Virus record (IMG/VR): IMGVR_UViG_3300021185_003284
Span: 32,001-96,000 of that record
From: a virus
Reading direction: 5' to 3' (one strand)
Length of the DNA: 64,000 bases
Of this stretch, positions 1-9,249 are shown piece by piece. The translations under genes and the position numbers were made by a program. Under the pieces are notes generated by a model that saw nothing but the letters and a program-made list of their open reading frames with translations, did no database searches and was not told where the DNA came from. Numbering within the stretch: the stretch's first letter is position 1; each line of letters starts with the position of its first letter.

Positions 1-726
1 CTTAATAATCAAGATTCATTTGATCTATTAGCACACGTATTAGATGTAGCAGATGTATTTGTTAAGTACATAGAAGATACATTTAGTTCTGGTTTTGCAT
101 TAGTACCTAGTGCTGTTTACAATGCAATAACAATGAACAATTGGACAGATGAAGACTTACCTGATATGGGAGATGGATCATTTAGTTTAGATTTATCAAA
201 TGGAGATGTTAATTTAGCTTATAAATCTGCTCTATGGGGGGATGCTAACTTATCTCACGGAACAGTACAAGATAATGCAACAGGATCAGGAGTTACTTAT
301 TCTATAGCTAACTCTTCACCATTAACTTCTAAATCAATGACTCAATATGCAGTATCAGATTCTACAGTAGAAGCTACATTAGTTACTGAGATAAAAGACA
401 ATGGTAATGTTCATGTTGAATTTGAAATTTTATCTGATGATACAGCAGCATTACAATTAAAAGTTAATTACGATAGTTCAAGATTACAATTTAAAGAAGT
501 AATATTTGACACAGGTGATACTACTACTAACTTTGGTAACTCAGATTACTCTACAGTTAATATGGGTAGTATAATCCAAAATGGAGGAGCTATACCAGTC
601 AATTCAACAATGAAAATTGTATTTGAACCATTAGAAACAATAACATCCGCTGCAGGATTGGTAAGTATAAGAAATACTGATGCAGCAAGCACAGAAGGAT
701 TACAACAACATTTAAATATACAATAA
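1..726 (+). CDS. Partial (5'-truncated) surface protein with cohesin-like C-terminal domain and possible dockerin-like segment
   Basis: Frame of ORF 133..726 is open back to base 1 (LNNQDSFDLLAHVL...); C-terminal 'ALQLKVNYDSSRLQFKEV' resembles cohesin 'a.qf.l.YD...L.f'. Confidence 0.55.
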   Translation, partial: LNNQDSFDLLAHVLDVADVFVKYIEDTFSSGFALVPSAVYNAITMNNWTDEDLPDMGDGSFSLDLSNGDVNLAYKSALWGDANLSHGTVQDNATGSGVTYSIANSSPLTSKSMTQYAVSDSTVEATLVTEIKDNGNVHVEFEILSDDTAALQLKVNYDSSRLQFKEVIFDTGDTTTNFGNSDYSTVNMGSIIQNGGAIPVNSTMKIVFEPLETITSAAGLVSIRNTDAASTEGLQQHLNIQ

Positions 727-1088
727 TGAAGAAACTTACTTACTTACTATTCGCCATACTTGCAGTATCATGTATGAAAGACGAAGAAATGTTTATCGAT
801 GCTCCCGTTGATTCTCAGTTAGAGATATTAGATATAGAAGGATTAAAATTTCAAAGCAGCGATATAACAGATGGTTCATTATGGAACTTTAAAACATTAA
901 CAGAGGGAAAATATACTCTAGAAATTAGAAATCATTTTAAAACATTAATATCAAAAAATAAATTCAACGCTGAAATCGGAGATAATGTATCTAAATTTTA
1001 TACTAAAGCGCTCCTAGACGGTGACTATACAATAGTCATATTGAATGGACAGGACGTCATCCATGAGAGGAAATTAACAATTCGTTAA
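726..1088 (+). CDS. Lipoprotein with small Ig-like/beta-sandwich domain
   Basis: Signal peptide with lipobox LAVSC; 'L.dG.Y.i.i' beta-sandwich motif. Confidence 0.6.
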   Translation: MKKLTYLLFAILAVSCMKDEEMFIDAPVDSQLEILDIEGLKFQSSDITDGSLWNFKTLTEGKYTLEIRNHFKTLISKNKFNAEIGDNVSKFYTKALLDGDYTIVILNGQDVIHERKLTIR

Positions 1089-1634
1089 ATGAGAAAAGCA
1101 ATTATCGCAGTAATAGGTTTCGTAATGGTTGGGTGTGCAAACCCTTCCTTGGAAAGAGGATTTGAATCCTTAAGTGAATCATTAGCAGAGTTAGATGCAG
1201 CTTTTATAGCATTAGACATCGAACAAATGCAAAATGATATAGCATCTGCACAAGACGCAGTAGACCAAATGACATTAGACATGGAAGCTACTGAAGCAAT
1301 GTTGCAGGAAATGGCAGACAATCTAGCATGGGGTGACGATTTCGACACTACTGTTCTAGGTCAACTAACAGCCATGGAGCAGATCGTACTTAACATAACT
1401 GTTAGGCTACAGGAAACTCTCACAGTTGTAGAAAATATGGCAACAACAGAACAAGTTCAAGCTTTATTAGCTCAAGTACAAGATGCAGGAGATAAAGTAA
1501 AGCAACTTGTAGCTATAGCTGACTACGACTATGATGGAGTTATTAACGCATTAGATCAATGCCCAGATACTCCAATAGAAGAAATAAACGAAGTAGATGG
1601 AAACGGATGTAGTCCATCTCAATTATCTAATTAA
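1089..1634 (+). CDS. Coiled-coil lipoprotein with C-terminal thrombospondin type-3-like Ca-binding repeat
   Basis: Lipobox MVGC; heptad-rich middle; DYDYDGVINALDQCPDTP...VDGNGC. Confidence 0.7.
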   Translation: MRKAIIAVIGFVMVGCANPSLERGFESLSESLAELDAAFIALDIEQMQNDIASAQDAVDQMTLDMEATEAMLQEMADNLAWGDDFDTTVLGQLTAMEQIVLNITVRLQETLTVVENMATTEQVQALLAQVQDAGDKVKQLVAIADYDYDGVINALDQCPDTPIEEINEVDGNGCSPSQLSN

Positions 1635-1635
1635 A

Positions 1636-1935
1636 ATGAGTAAAGAAAAAAAAGAAGGATTCTTTTCAAACGTCAGAAATCAATTAATAGCAGGAGCTGG
1701 AGTAGTGTTAACTACCTTAGGTACTGTATTTACTGATAAGATCGAAGAGTTATTCGGAGTAGAAGATGATACAGCAATTGAAGTCGTTCAAGAACAAAAT
1801 GTAAATGTTGAAGGACCCTCGATTACTATCAATATTCCGGAACAACAAAAAGATACTGTAGTTAAAAAAGTTTACGTTAAACCTAAACCTAAATTAACAG
1901 ATACAGAAAAACGTAAGAAAGAAATCGACTGGTAA
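1636..1935 (+). CDS. Hypothetical membrane-anchored protein
   Basis: ATG at 1636 directly after previous stop; single hydrophobic segment. Confidence 0.6.
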   Translation: MSKEKKEGFFSNVRNQLIAGAGVVLTTLGTVFTDKIEELFGVEDDTAIEVVQEQNVNVEGPSITINIPEQQKDTVVKKVYVKPKPKLTDTEKRKKEIDW

Positions 1936-2027
1936 GAAACAAAAAAGAAGGGCCTGAATGTCGCAAATCCAGACCCCTCACATAGTTTCGAAAGAACTTG
2001 ATTGGTAACCTTTAAAATTAACTAACT

Positions 2028-2252
2028 ATGAATGTAATTAACTTTTTCGCAAGCCCCTTCATCTTAATGTATGAAGAAATCTTCGAGCAGCCAACTTTAT
2101 TATGGAAAATTTGGCAAACTCTTTTGCTAGTATGGGTATCTAGCTTATTTTTATTGTTTATTGTAGGCTGGTCTAGCTTAGTATTTGAACTAATTACTAA
2201 CCCATCATCATTCGACAACGCAACATTCGGGGTATTCGATACCCTTGGGTAA
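2028..2252 (+). CDS. Small membrane protein
   Basis: ORF with long hydrophobic helix, overlaps next gene. Confidence 0.55.
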   Translation: MNVINFFASPFILMYEEIFEQPTLLWKIWQTLLLVWVSSLFLLFIVGWSSLVFELITNPSSFDNATFGVFDTLG

Positions 2253-2964
2253 GTATATTAGTGTATTATTCGTAATATTCGGATTTGCACTAGTAAATGG
2301 ACAAGTCGTCGGAAAGACTACGACTGAGAATTATCAAGCGGAATTTGAGAGACAAGCCTCGTTATACTCAATTCCCGAATACTTTGGTGATCCAGTACCA
2401 GTAGCACTTCTAGACGTAGGTTTAACAGATGACATATTGCTACAGTATCCTGAACTAGGAGACTATCGTGTAGGCTTAGGTCTAACAAATATTACTGTAG
2501 CTTTTTTAGATGAAACTTTTAGATTTGAATTTGTAGAAACTAAAGATGAGATAAAGGACCGTATGATTGTACAGTTCAAAGCATCTCAGAAAGGATTTAC
2601 TGCTAATGAAATAGAGATAAGAGGAAAGATAACTCTTGCTCGATATTTTGCTTATGTAGAGATCTATGACTTTTCTATATCTGAAGATGAATCAATCAAT
2701 TTAAAAGACGGAGTGAAAAATACTCTTGTGACCAGACTTGGGCTCCAAGTTAAAATGGTCGATGCTCAAACCGGTCTATATATGACTGGTTCGGGATTAG
2801 GACTCGCTACAACTACTAGAGAGGTGACCATACTTAATGATCAAAATTTATCAGAAGTATCTTTCAATCAATCATCGATTGGGGTATCAACACGTAAAGC
2901 ATTAGAGACAGCAGTTGCTAAGATCGTTAAAAGGATGATAAGAAAGAAAATATTTGATCACTAA
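2245..2964 (+). CDS. CsgG/HfaB-like (curli assembly-type) exported protein
   Basis: Signal peptide; 'RFEFVE', 'LGLQVKMVDAQTG', 'RKALETAVAKIV' match the CsgG/TolB-N fold pattern. Confidence 0.65.
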   Translation: MGKYISVLFVIFGFALVNGQVVGKTTTENYQAEFERQASLYSIPEYFGDPVPVALLDVGLTDDILLQYPELGDYRVGLGLTNITVAFLDETFRFEFVETKDEIKDRMIVQFKASQKGFTANEIEIRGKITLARYFAYVEIYDFSISEDESINLKDGVKNTLVTRLGLQVKMVDAQTGLYMTGSGLGLATTTREVTILNDQNLSEVSFNQSSIGVSTRKALETAVAKIVKRMIRKKIFDH

Positions 2965-4825
2965 TTCAAGTGTTATGAGATGGTTACTATTCATAGTAAT
3001 TGCTGCGATGGGGATGTTCAAGGGTCATTCACAGGCCCTTGTTCAAACCTATACTGACAGATGTACAGGAGAAGTCAAAGTAATGACTGTACAGATGAAC
3101 AGCTCTACTGTGGTGGCTTATTATAATAGATCTAGAGTCTTTACAGCGGCTGAGTTTACTAACGGTACTTTAATAACATGGTTAGAAGAAACTTATTCAT
3201 GGTGGCAAGCATTATCACCTTGTTCAACAAATAATGCTACGTCTAATACAACTCAACAGACGACTCAAAACGCTACAACAAACGCTACTAATGCAGCATC
3301 TAATGCTACTAGTAATGCTACTAGTAATGCAACATCAAGTGCTGCTGGAACAACAGGTACAACTGGGACTACCGGAACAACTAATACAGGTAGTACTAAT
3401 ACAGGTAGTACTAATACAGGTACAACTAATACAAACACATCAAATGGAAATACAGGATCAACAGGATCTTCAAGCTCAGGAAGCTCAGGATCATCAACAG
3501 GAAATGGATCAAGCAGTGGTAGTTCAGGAAGCTCCTCTGGATCAAGCAGTTCAGGAAGCAGCGAAGGAAACTCTAGTGGATCAAGCTCAGGAGGGGATTC
3601 AGGCAGTTCTTCAAATGATAACTCAGGAGGAAGTGATTCCGGCAACAGTGGAGGAGGAGACTCTTCTGGCGATAGCAGCTCAGGAGGGAGTGAAGATTCA
3701 GGTGGGTCTGATAGCTCGGGTGATAACAGTGATTCGTCAGATTCAGATAACTCTTCTGGGGATGGAGATAGCAGCGATGGTGATTCGTCAGGAGGAGAAG
3801 AAAGTGATTCAGGAAGCGAAACAGAAGAAAATTCAGACGATTCAAAAAATGAGGAAAGTAAGGATGAAAAGTCTGACGAAAAGTCTGAAGAAAAATCTGA
3901 AGAAAAAGAAAAAGAAGAAGAAGTAGAAGAAGATAAGAAAGAAGAAAAGGAAGAGGAAAAAGAAGAGGAAAAGAAAGAAGAGGAAGAAGAAGAAAAGAAA
4001 GAAGATAAAGAAGAAGAAGAGGAAGAAGAAAAAAAGGAAGATAGTAAAGAAGAGGAAGAGGAAGAAGAAGAGGAGAAAGAAAAAACTTTAGCTCCTCCAA
4101 TTGTTACAGCTAACTTGGTAACAATGCAAATGATAGATGGAGCACTAACTAATGCTGCATCTTTTGGTTACTCTCAATCTTCATTAACAGGAGAAGATAC
4201 ATATGCAGCTAATGCAATGCTCTGGTCTAATCTTAAACAGTATAGTATTAACTTATCAAAGAGTCATGTATTCTTTAAATACGACAAACCAGTAGATTAT
4301 TATATTGATAATCCTATGACTGGAGGAAAAGATAAGCTAGGTACTCATATGGAGAGAGGATCTATAATGAAAGTACAATCTATATCAGCAGGATATATGA
4401 GAATGTTTTCAACTCATATTGCAACAGCAGGTATTAGTGATGTATATATGGGACAGAAAGATAATAAATGGAAAGGATTTGTAGGTGGATGGGCATTAAC
4501 TGGAATGTCAATATTCCCAGAAGGGAGTAAACCTATTTTAGTAGCAGCAGTTACAGTATTTGGTACTAAACCTTTTAATTTTAAAAAATGGGATAGATTA
4601 ACTGTTTCACCTATGCTTGCTTATTCTATGACTCCTATAACATTTGATATTAACCTAATGTATCCACAAGGTAATTATCATGGTACATGGATAGCAGGTA
4701 GTAACTTTGATTTTAATTTAACTCAAAGATTTAAAGCTAACATAGGAGGAACTTTAATTGGAAATACTGGACCAGGAGTACCACTTTCATGGGCAATCAC
4801 AGTAGGCTCTAGATTCCAATTCTAG
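2954..4825 (+). CDS. Exported protein with T/N/S/G-rich and E/K-rich low-complexity stalk and putative C-terminal outer-membrane beta-barrel
   Basis: Signal peptide (likely start ATG 2975); long low-complexity tracts; amphipathic beta strands ending in terminal Phe (GSRFQF). Confidence 0.6.
   Translation: MITNSSVMRWLLFIVIAAMGMFKGHSQALVQTYTDRCTGEVKVMTVQMNSSTVVAYYNRSRVFTAAEFTNGTLITWLEETYSWWQALSPCSTNNATSNTTQQTTQNATTNATNAASNATSNATSNATSSAAGTTGTTGTTGTTNTGSTNTGSTNTGTTNTNTSNGNTGSTGSSSSGSSGSSTGNGSSSGSSGSSSGSSSSGSSEGNSSGSSSGGDSGSSSNDNSGGSDSGNSGGGDSSGDSSSGGSEDSGGSDSSGDNSDSSDSDNSSGDGDSSDGDSSGGEESDSGSETEENSDDSKNEESKDEKSDEKSEEKSEEKEKEEEVEEDKKEEKEEEKEEEKKEEEEEEKKEDKEEEEEEEKKEDSKEEEEEEEEEKEKTLAPPIVTANLVTMQMIDGALTNAASFGYSQSSLTGEDTYAANAMLWSNLKQYSINLSKSHVFFKYDKPVDYYIDNPMTGGKDKLGTHMERGSIMKVQSISAGYMRMFSTHIATAGISDVYMGQKDNKWKGFVGGWALTGMSIFPEGSKPILVAAVTVFGTKPFNFKKWDRLTVSPMLAYSMTPITFDINLMYPQGNYHGTWIAGSNFDFNLTQRFKANIGGTLIGNTGPGVPLSWAITVGSRFQF
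3230..4085 (+). repeat. Low-complexity coding repeats (NAT, TGST, SSG/DSSG, poly-E/K)
   Basis: Direct reading; purine-only GAA/AAA tract ~3895-4083. Confidence 0.9.
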
Positions 4826-4873
4826 AAACTATTTATATTAAATAACGTTACACTAAAAACAGTTTTCATTATT

Positions 4874-5128
4874 ATGAACTATATAAAACGTAAATGGATG
4901 AGCTTTAGAGACATATTTAAAGACGAAAACGATATCAATGAAAAATCAGTAGTTGGTTTCGCAGCTTTCATAATCATGGTAATATTTGCATTTGCAGATT
5001 TAATTACTGGATATGTAGGCAAAGATTTAGTTATCAATGAGTACATATACAACTCATTTGTATGGATTGTATTAGGTGCTTTTGGTATTGCAGAAGCAGG
5101 AAAAGCTTTTGGACAAAGAAATAAATAA
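4874..5128 (+). CDS. Putative holin (two TM helices)
   Basis: Small 2-TM protein directly upstream of a DUF5675-like gene and spanin-like pair. Confidence 0.45.
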   Translation: MNYIKRKWMSFRDIFKDENDINEKSVVGFAAFIIMVIFAFADLITGYVGKDLVINEYIYNSFVWIVLGAFGIAEAGKAFGQRNK

Positions 5129-5131
5129 ATT

Positions 5132-5611
5132 ATGAAATTAGAAGTATTAAGATTCAGCTCACAGAGCGATTCTACACTCGGGTTATTATTCGATGTAACT
5201 AATGGTAGAAAGTTTTTATGTTTCACTATAGAAGATGAAGCAAGAGAAACTAAAGTAAAAGGAGAAACTAGAATACCTCAAGGTACGTATAAACTTAATT
5301 TACGTAAAGAAGGAGGATATCATAACAGATATGTTAAGAAGTACGGTTCAATGCATAAAGGTATGATTCATGTACAAGATGTACCGAATTTTACTTACAT
5401 ACTATGGCATACCGGTAATACTGACGAACATACAATGGGATGTTTACTATTCGGAGATACATCTCAGCAAAATATTTCTAAATCAGGATTTATAGGAGCT
5501 TCTACTGAAGCTTACAAAAGAGTTTACCCATCTATAGCAGAAGCTATTGAAAGAGATGGAGAAGCAGAAGTAACATATATTGACTTTGACGAAGGAATTA
5601 TCCACGGATAG
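5132..5611 (+). CDS. DUF5675-family protein (putative peptidoglycan-acting enzyme)
   Basis: Motifs STLG, CFTIED, ETRIPQGTY, ILWHTGN..HTMGCLL. Confidence 0.75.
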   Translation: MKLEVLRFSSQSDSTLGLLFDVTNGRKFLCFTIEDEARETKVKGETRIPQGTYKLNLRKEGGYHNRYVKKYGSMHKGMIHVQDVPNFTYILWHTGNTDEHTMGCLLFGDTSQQNISKSGFIGASTEAYKRVYPSIAEAIERDGEAEVTYIDFDEGIIHG

Positions 5612-5647
5612 TTGCTCGTCTGAGAAATATTTATTATATTGTATTAT

Positions 5648-6010
5648 ATGAAAGTAAAAGGTTTACAAGGATACCTACTGTTCGCTATATTAGGCGGGTT
5701 CGTAGCTTGGATGATATGGGGTCAACCTAAGATAAGTGTTGACATAGAGTCTTATGAATTAAAGATTCAGCTACTAGAACAGAGAATCGATTCTATAAAT
5801 ACTCAGAATAATGCTTTAAAATTAGAAGCTGATTCATTATATTTAAGAATAACCTCTTACGATCAAGAGATAAAGAAATTAAATTCTAGAATTTATGTTA
5901 TTAAGAAACAAACAGAGCAAAAAATTAATGCTGTTGATAGTATGTTTGATGATGAGCTTCAACAGTTTTTCGCAAACCGCTACAGACAGCATAAAGATTC
6001 AATTAACTAA
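5648..6010 (+). CDS. Membrane-anchored coiled-coil protein (i-spanin-like)
   Basis: N-terminal TM then coiled coil; overlaps next gene; lysis context. Confidence 0.45.
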   Translation: MKVKGLQGYLLFAILGGFVAWMIWGQPKISVDIESYELKIQLLEQRIDSINTQNNALKLEADSLYLRITSYDQEIKKLNSRIYVIKKQTEQKINAVDSMFDDELQQFFANRYRQHKDSIN

Positions 6011-6323
6011 GCCTATAGCTAAGTTAGTTATTAAAGACTTAATTCAGTTTGATGGACTATCAACTGAAATGCTTACTATGCAGTCTATTCTTACTGAGAC
6101 TAATAATAAGCTACTCACTCAGAACCAATTAGTTGTTAATTTAGAGCTACAAAATAACAATTTACAATCAGTTATCTCAGGTCTGAATAAGAAATATGAT
6201 GTTCAAACTAATCTTTCCAAGGATTTGGAAATAGCTTTAAAGAGACAAAAGAGACAATCTACTATTTATAAAATAGGAGCGGGTATCGGTGCAGCAGCTA
6301 CTCTTTTATTGCTAGTACAATGA
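5895..6323 (+). CDS. Exported coiled-coil protein with C-terminal hydrophobic tail (spanin-like partner)
   Basis: Overlaps previous gene; signal-like N-terminus; coiled coil. Confidence 0.4.
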   Translation: MLLRNKQSKKLMLLIVCLMMSFNSFSQTATDSIKIQLTKPIAKLVIKDLIQFDGLSTEMLTMQSILTETNNKLLTQNQLVVNLELQNNNLQSVISGLNKKYDVQTNLSKDLEIALKRQKRQSTIYKIGAGIGAAATLLLLVQ

Positions 6324-7438
6324 TAAAAAGATTTAAACAGAACATATTCCCAAGTATTATAGCAATTTCAGCATTGTCTGTTAGTGCTTCAGCTGCTTTC
6401 TATTCAGTTAGCGGACTATCTAAACTATTTGCAGGAGCTACATTTGAAGTAATTATAATGGCTGGTTCATTAGAGGTAGCAAAGTTAGTAATTGCATCTC
6501 TTTTATACCAATACTGGAATACAATTAATAAGCTTCTTAGAACGTATCTCACTATAGCTGCAGTAGTATTGGTACTCATTACTAGTATGGGTATATACGG
6601 CTTTTTAAGTGCAGCATATCAAGATACTTACAGACAGTTAACAGTTAAGAATAATCAAGTAGCATTTCTAGAACAAAAGACAGATTTTTATGGAAAGGAT
6701 GTGGCAAGGTATGATCAGGAACTTGAAAGAATCTCTAATAACATTTCTACTCTATCTGGTGCGAAAGCGACCTCGATTCAAGTACGAGACACGACATCAT
6801 CTACAGGCTTTCGATCAACAGTTAGTACTGCCGAACTTAGATTATCCCAAAGTCGTATTAATGTTGAAGAGGAAAATAGAGCATCTGTTCAATTAAAAAG
6901 AGAACAAGTAGCTGATAGTCTTCAGAAATACCAATTAGAAATATTAGATTTAGAGAATAATACAGATCTAGCAGGAGAGTTAGGACCACTAGAATACCTT
7001 TCTGGATTAACTGGCACTCCAATGGATAAGATTATTAATATACTACTCCTTGTAATTATATTTGTATTTGATCCTTTAGCTATTTCATTAGTAATAGCAG
7101 CAAACTTTGCCTTCGATCAAGCTAATAGAAAAAACTTATATGATGAATATGAGGATGAGGTTGAAGATGACTTATGGGATAGTAACGATAGTCCTAAAGA
7201 ATCAGAAGATACTTTACTGAACTACGATGAAGAAGATGAGAAAAGAATGGACGTTATAGGACGTAACGGTAATGATGGAGAACATTATGATGAGGATCCT
7301 AAAGACTGGAAAGTTGTAGACGGAGATCCAGTACCACAAAAGATACTACAAAAAGGACCAAGTGAACACAGAGTACTTTACAGTGATGGTTCTGAAAGAA
7401 AGGTTAGTAAAGACGACAACATTATCAAATATCTGTAG
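6320..7438 (+). CDS. Multi-TM coiled-coil membrane protein
   Basis: Three N-terminal TMs, coiled coil, TM with 'IFVFDPLAI', acidic tail. Confidence 0.7.
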   Translation: MIKRFKQNIFPSIIAISALSVSASAAFYSVSGLSKLFAGATFEVIIMAGSLEVAKLVIASLLYQYWNTINKLLRTYLTIAAVVLVLITSMGIYGFLSAAYQDTYRQLTVKNNQVAFLEQKTDFYGKDVARYDQELERISNNISTLSGAKATSIQVRDTTSSTGFRSTVSTAELRLSQSRINVEEENRASVQLKREQVADSLQKYQLEILDLENNTDLAGELGPLEYLSGLTGTPMDKIINILLLVIIFVFDPLAISLVIAANFAFDQANRKNLYDEYEDEVEDDLWDSNDSPKESEDTLLNYDEEDEKRMDVIGRNGNDGEHYDEDPKDWKVVDGDPVPQKILQKGPSEHRVLYSDGSERKVSKDDNIIKYL

Positions 7439-7493
7439 GTATTCTGATTTTTTCTTCGTATATTGTATAGATATACAAACTTAAATAATAGTT

Positions 7494-7712
7494 ATGGCAC
7501 AGCATAGAGTTATAAAAATGCTCACAAAGACCTATGAGGCTCAAAGAGAAAAGGCACTAATGACTTTCGACTTATTAATAGACCATCCTGCTGGTATAGG
7601 AGATCATTCAACTTCTGATTTCTATAAGAATGCTGAAGAAGCAGCAGTGGCATTAGCTGAAAGTGAAGACGTTTTAGAAACCCTTAAAAGACATTTTGGA
7701 AAGTATGAGTAG
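7494..7712 (+). CDS. Hypothetical phage protein
   Basis: ORF behind early promoter; 'PAGIGDH' motif. Confidence 0.65.
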   Translation: MAQHRVIKMLTKTYEAQREKALMTFDLLIDHPAGIGDHSTSDFYKNAEEAAVALAESEDVLETLKRHFGKYE

Positions 7713-8082
7713 TAGAGAAATTAGCGATGCAATGAGTGGGAAAAGAACCACAGCAATTGAGATACTTAGAGATGAGTACCCAACAATTTATAATGCTTAC
7801 AAAGAAGTAGTTGACGAACAGTTTGAACTATTTGCTAAGAAGCATCTTGATTACGGAATGCATAATGTAAGTGCTGGTACGAATTTAGATACACCAGATG
7901 AAATCGAATTTGCAATGACAGGATTATGGTACAGACTTTCAGATAAAATTAATAGATGGAAGAATATGATCATATCAGGCCGTAAAGCTCAAAATGAAAC
8001 TCTAATAGATACTTTTCAAGATGTTACTAACTATGGTATTATAGCGCAGTTAGTACAGAGAGGTCTCTGGAAAAACGATTAA
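7696..8082 (+). CDS. Nucleotide modification-associated domain 1 (DUF1599-like) protein
   Basis: KKHLDYG..N, RLSDKINR, ETLIDTFQDVTNYGII. Confidence 0.75.
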   Translation: MESMSSREISDAMSGKRTTAIEILRDEYPTIYNAYKEVVDEQFELFAKKHLDYGMHNVSAGTNLDTPDEIEFAMTGLWYRLSDKINRWKNMIISGRKAQNETLIDTFQDVTNYGIIAQLVQRGLWKND

Positions 8083-9024
8083 ATGCCGAAAAGAATATAT
8101 CCTGATTCTGAAAAGAAGAAGACTAATCCTTTAGTTAAAGAAGTTTGGGAGAGTAAAATTAAACAATCTCCTTCTAAGAATAAACATATTTCATATAGTT
8201 CACTTAGTACATATAATAAATGTCCTAAGAAATGGGAGCTAATGTATTTGAGAAATGAAATACCATTTACTCAGAACATTTATACTTGCTTCGGTACAGC
8301 TATGCATGAAACATTACAAACTTACTTAGAAACTTTATACTACGATAAGGTAAAGACAGCTAATGATATAAACATTAATCAATTGCTTTATGATAATATG
8401 ATTAAGTCATATAAATCTGGCAAAGCAATAAATGGACATACTCACTTCTCTTCAGCAGAAGAGTTACAAGAATTCTGGTTAGACGGAAAACATATTCTAG
8501 AGTTTATCAAGAAGAAAAGAGCTGCATACTTTAGTACTAAGACAGCTAAATTGGCTGGGATAGAGACACTCTTATACCAGGAGATACGTCCTGGAGTAAT
8601 GTTTAAAGGACTAGTAGATTTGATCTTCTACCATCCAAATACTGATAGATGGACTGTTATGGACATAAAGACTTCTACTAGAGGTTGGAATGATGCTTAC
8701 AAGAAGAATCCTAATCTAACTGCTCAAGTTATTCTATATAGAGAGTTTTTTGCTAAGCAGTTTAAAATTGATCCTAGTAAAATAGATGTTGAGTTTTTTA
8801 TCGTTAAGAGAAGAGTACCTGCAGAAGCAGAGTTTGCTACTCAACAGAGAAGAGTTCAAGAATTTACTCCTGCATCTGGACCTAGAAAGACAAAACAAGT
8901 TATTGAATCTATGAACAAATTTATATCAGATGTATTAGATAGCGATAACAACTATATAGATAAGGAATACTCTTGTACTTCTCCTTTAGGTAAGTGCAAT
9001 GAATGTAAAGATTATGTAAATTAA
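8083..9024 (+). CDS. PD-(D/E)XK nuclease (RecB/Cas4-like)
   Basis: ISYSSLSTYNKCP, GTAMHE, GLVDL...VMDIKTS, Q..LY, C-terminal Cys cluster. Confidence 0.85.
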   Translation: MPKRIYPDSEKKKTNPLVKEVWESKIKQSPSKNKHISYSSLSTYNKCPKKWELMYLRNEIPFTQNIYTCFGTAMHETLQTYLETLYYDKVKTANDININQLLYDNMIKSYKSGKAINGHTHFSSAEELQEFWLDGKHILEFIKKKRAAYFSTKTAKLAGIETLLYQEIRPGVMFKGLVDLIFYHPNTDRWTVMDIKTSTRGWNDAYKKNPNLTAQVILYREFFAKQFKIDPSKIDVEFFIVKRRVPAEAEFATQQRRVQEFTPASGPRKTKQVIESMNKFISDVLDSDNNYIDKEYSCTSPLGKCNECKDYVN

Positions 9025-9060
9025 GCCTATTTATATATAAATATATAATTATATACTGTT

Positions 9061-9249
9061 ATGATAAAAGACGAAAAGCTTACCTCGGTTAAAATCACAC
9101 AACCTCTTTTTGACGAATTTAAAATGGCTGCCCTCAAAGACAACTTTTCTTTTAAAAAGCTTGCAGATCGGGCAATTTTTCTCTATCTTACTGATAAGGA
9201 GTTTAAGAAGCAAATACACAAAATAAATTCAATCAATATAAAAAGTTAA
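9061..9249 (+). CDS. Small putative DNA-binding protein (ribbon-helix-helix-like)
   Basis: 'LTSVKI...LFDEFK' pattern; follows TATTTATA motif. Confidence 0.5.
   Translation: MIKDEKLTSVKITQPLFDEFKMAALKDNFSFKKLADRAIFLYLTDKEFKKQIHKINSINIKS

Noticed and set aside
1945-2010. Possible c-di-GMP riboswitch (GCAAA, CGAAAG, short stems)
   Set aside because: Order of elements and stems does not fit the class I consensus; only weak hairpins
3234-4100. Overlapping ORFs 3234..3926 (+), 3265..3645 (-) and 3573..4100 (-)
   Set aside because: Shadow frames of the low-complexity region of 2954..4825
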